Origin: Flavobacteriales bacterium
GTDB lineage: Bacteria > Bacteroidota > Bacteroidia > Flavobacteriales_F > PHOS-HE28
Direction: 5' to 3'
Assembly: GCA_016713865.1 (NCBI GenBank)
Contig: JADJOG010000045.1
Coordinates: 34,898-98,897 of the forward strand
Length of the DNA stretch: 64,000 nucleotides
The translations under genes were made by a program, and so were the position numbers. The notes beneath the pieces are model-generated. The model was not told the origin of the DNA. It worked only from the letters and a program-made list of their open reading frames with translations, and did not search any database. This document shows positions 62,208-64,000 of the stretch, in pieces. How positions within the stretch are numbered: the first letter of the stretch is position 1; the number at the start of each line of letters is the position of its first letter.

Positions 62208-63421
62208 GCGGATTCGACTTTTCGAGCGAAGATCAGCACGACTACGAAGCAGGCCTGCGGCGCGAGGTAGGCGAGCTGGATGCCGCTGCTGTCGCTTATG
62301 GCTCCCATGATCGGTGGAACAACTGCCCCGCCTACGATACTCATCACCAGCAATGAGCTGCCCAGCTTGGTGTCGCGTCCCAGTCCCGCGATGCTCAGCG
62401 AGAAGATCGTGGGGAACATGATGCTCATGAAGAGCTCCACGCCGAGCAATGCGCCCACGGCGATATAGCCACCTGCGGCGACCGCTATTGCGATGAGAAC
62501 AAGGTTCGCCACGGCGCACCATGCAAGGAGCCGCGCGGCAGTTATCCATTTCATCAACGCCGTTCCGATGAACCTGCCGGCCATGAAGAGCAGCAAGCCG
62601 ATGCTGAGCATGTAAGCCGCGTCCTTCTCGCCAACTCCGGCGACTTGTCCCGAGAACCGGATGAAGAAGCTGGCCACGCCCACCTGTGCGCCCACGTAGC
62701 AGAACTGCGCCACCACGCCGAGCCGCAATCTGCGCCAAGCAAGTGGATCACGATCCGTTGCGCCATCGTTCTCCTCCTTGATCTCCGGCAAGCGCACCAG
62801 CAGGAAGAGCAACGCGGCAAGCAGCACGATACCGCCGATGACCAAATAGGGCATGCGCACAGCAAGCGCCTCAGTGGTGAACCAGGCTTCAATGGCCTGC
62901 GGATCCATTGTGGCCATCTGCTCATCGGTGAGCGATGCGCCACTGAGGATGAAACGCCCGCCGAACCATGCTGCCAAGGCGGCGCCCAGTCCATTGAAGG
63001 CCTGCGCGAAATTCAAGCGACGCGGCGCGGTGGTCGGATCGCCCAGCACGCTGATGTACGGGTTGGCCGCCGTCTCCAGGAAGGTGAGCCCGCTGGCGAT
63101 CACGAAGAGCGCGCCCAGGAAGAAGGGATACGATTGCTGTGTGGCGGCAGGCCAGAAGAGGAAGGCGCCCGTGGCGAAGAGCAGCAAGCCGCCCACGATG
63201 CCCATGCGGTAGCCGAAGCGTTTCATCAGCGCACCGGCGGGCAATGCCATCACGAAGTAGGCGATGAAGAAGGCGCTGTCCACGAGCGCGCTGCGCATGT
63301 CGTTCAGATGAAGCGCCTTGCGCAGGTGAGGGATGAGGATGGGGTTGAGGTTGTGCGCCAGGGCCCAGAGGAAGAAGAGGCCCGTGACGAGGACAATGGC
63401 GATGCGAGATCCCTGTTGCAT
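62204..63421 (-). CDS. fucP: L-fucose:H+ symporter permease (MFS, FucP family)
   Basis: 405 aa with 12 predicted TM segments and the FucP-like N-terminus (LFFLWALAHNLNPILIPHLRKALHLNDMRSALVDSAFFIAYF). Confidence 0.85.
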   Translation of the reverse strand: MQQGSRIAIVLVTGLFFLWALAHNLNPILIPHLRKALHLNDMRSALVDSAFFIAYFVMALPAGALMKRFGYRMGIVGGLLLFATGAFLFWPAATQQSYPFFLGALFVIASGLTFLETAANPYISVLGDPTTAPRRLNFAQAFNGLGAALAAWFGGRFILSGASLTDEQMATMDPQAIEAWFTTEALAVRMPYLVIGGIVLLAALLFLLVRLPEIKEENDGATDRDPLAWRRLRLGVVAQFCYVGAQVGVASFFIRFSGQVAGVGEKDAAYMLSIGLLLFMAGRFIGTALMKWITAARLLAWCAVANLVLIAIAVAAGGYIAVGALLGVELFMSIMFPTIFSLSIAGLGRDTKLGSSLLVMSIVGGAVVPPIMGAISDSSGIQLAYLAPQACFVVVLIFARKVESA

Positions 63422-63423
63422 GG

Positions 63424-64000
63424 TCAGAGGTCTCCCCGGCGTATCGTGAGTTGCATCGCTTCATCCAACGGCTCTTCTCGAACTAGCACGAGATATCCCC
63501 CGCCTCCAGCGCCGCTCAACTTCCAACCGAGTGCATTCGGTGCGTGCTTGGTTATCGTCGCGCGGATGCCATCATCCACCATGCTCGGGAACATCGCCAC
63601 CTGCGCGTCGAAGGACCGGCGGAAGGCATTGCCGAACGCGACGATATCCTTCGCCATGATCGCATGCCAGCAATCGGCGGCGGCAGAGGCGAGGGCTTTC
63701 GCACCAGCTGCATCGATGCTCGTAGCGGACAGCACATTGAAGCCTTCCTGACTTGGACCGAGCGGGACGAGATGCAAGTGCTTCTCGATGAAGTTGAGCA
63801 CGTCGTCATCCAGCACGCTCTCGATCCTTGTGGGCCAATACCCGCCCTCGTAGTGCAGTCTGTTCAAGCCGGGAAACACGATGCCGATGCTGTCCTGCGA
63901 GCCGCTCACTTCCACGGTGCCGGGCGGATTCTCGTAGCTGAAGAGGATGCGAGCCTGCTGCTCGCGGTCGCCATCAGGCAGGTGCGTGCGCCAGAGTTCG
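63424..64000 (-). CDS. GHMP-family sugar kinase, partial (the N-terminus lies beyond the window end)
   Basis: The C-terminal GHMP motif GWKLSGAGGGGYLVLV. The reading frame is open to position 64000. Confidence 0.55.
   Translation of the reverse strand, partial: ELWRTHLPDGDREQQARILFSYENPPGTVEVSGSQDSIGIVFPGLNRLHYEGGYWPTRIESVLDDDVLNFIEKHLHLVPLGPSQEGFNVLSATSIDAAGAKALASAAADCWHAIMAKDIVAFGNAFRRSFDAQVAMFPSMVDDGIRATITKHAPNALGWKLSGAGGGGYLVLVREEPLDEAMQLTIRRGDL

Noticed and set aside
61878-62738. 286-aa ORF-track model that extends rhaM 5' through fucP
   Set aside because: Only the last 109 aa match rhamnose mutarotase. The extension is an Arg-rich reading of fucP on the same strand in another frame, and the internal ATG at 62207 overlaps the fucP stop in the usual ATGA fashion.
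62645-63751. 368-aa plus-strand ORF opposite fucP and the GHMP kinase
   Set aside because: It is antisense to a 12-TM MFS transporter with FucP motifs and has a low-complexity E/R/A/G composition.

Overview
This is a high-GC (~63-66%) genomic segment that looks like Bacteroidota. The evidence is three proteins ending in the gliding-motility (T9SS type B) C-terminal sorting domain, one ending in a T9SS type A sorting domain, a PorP/SprF-family membrane protein, and a PorE-like TPR/beta-propeller/OmpA protein. GTG and TTG start codons are common.

Main contents, in order:
- an S9 peptidase;
- a SAM-I riboswitch in front of a split B12-type methionine synthase, whose second half is heavily decayed and is separated from the first half by a low-GC foreign ORF;
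- OmpA-family and TolC-family outer-membrane proteins, TsaB, a thioredoxin-domain protein (DUF255 / YyaL-like) and an M20 dipeptidase;
- two tandem T9SS type-B cargo paralogs, the first with a decayed N-terminus;
- a photolyase/cryptochrome cluster (SDR, DUF429, DUF2256, FeS-BCP-like photolyase, Cry-DASH);
- a convergent operon of a universal stress protein, a Trp-rich secreted protein, NuoE-like and NuoF-like proteins, and a small membrane protein;
- a ~9.7 kb giant adhesin gene (SprB-like in organisation) with about 32 tandem ~85-aa repeats, followed by PorP/SprF and a PorE-like OmpA protein;
- a radical SAM/SPASM enzyme;
- a tandem array of five to six paralogous TPR-like membrane proteins with a near-identical 3' transmembrane module;
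- HxlR with a quinone oxidoreductase, and an alpha/beta hydrolase;
- Mfd;
- a low-GC islet with an HEPN-motif protein pair;
- a BNR-repeat T9SS type-A cargo protein;
- part of a fucose/rhamnose utilisation locus.

Single-base indels, mostly in homopolymer runs, interrupt several otherwise clearly homologous genes. These may be sequencing errors or genuine pseudogenisation, so each is flagged where seen.

No rRNA, tRNA, CRISPR array or transposase was recognised.
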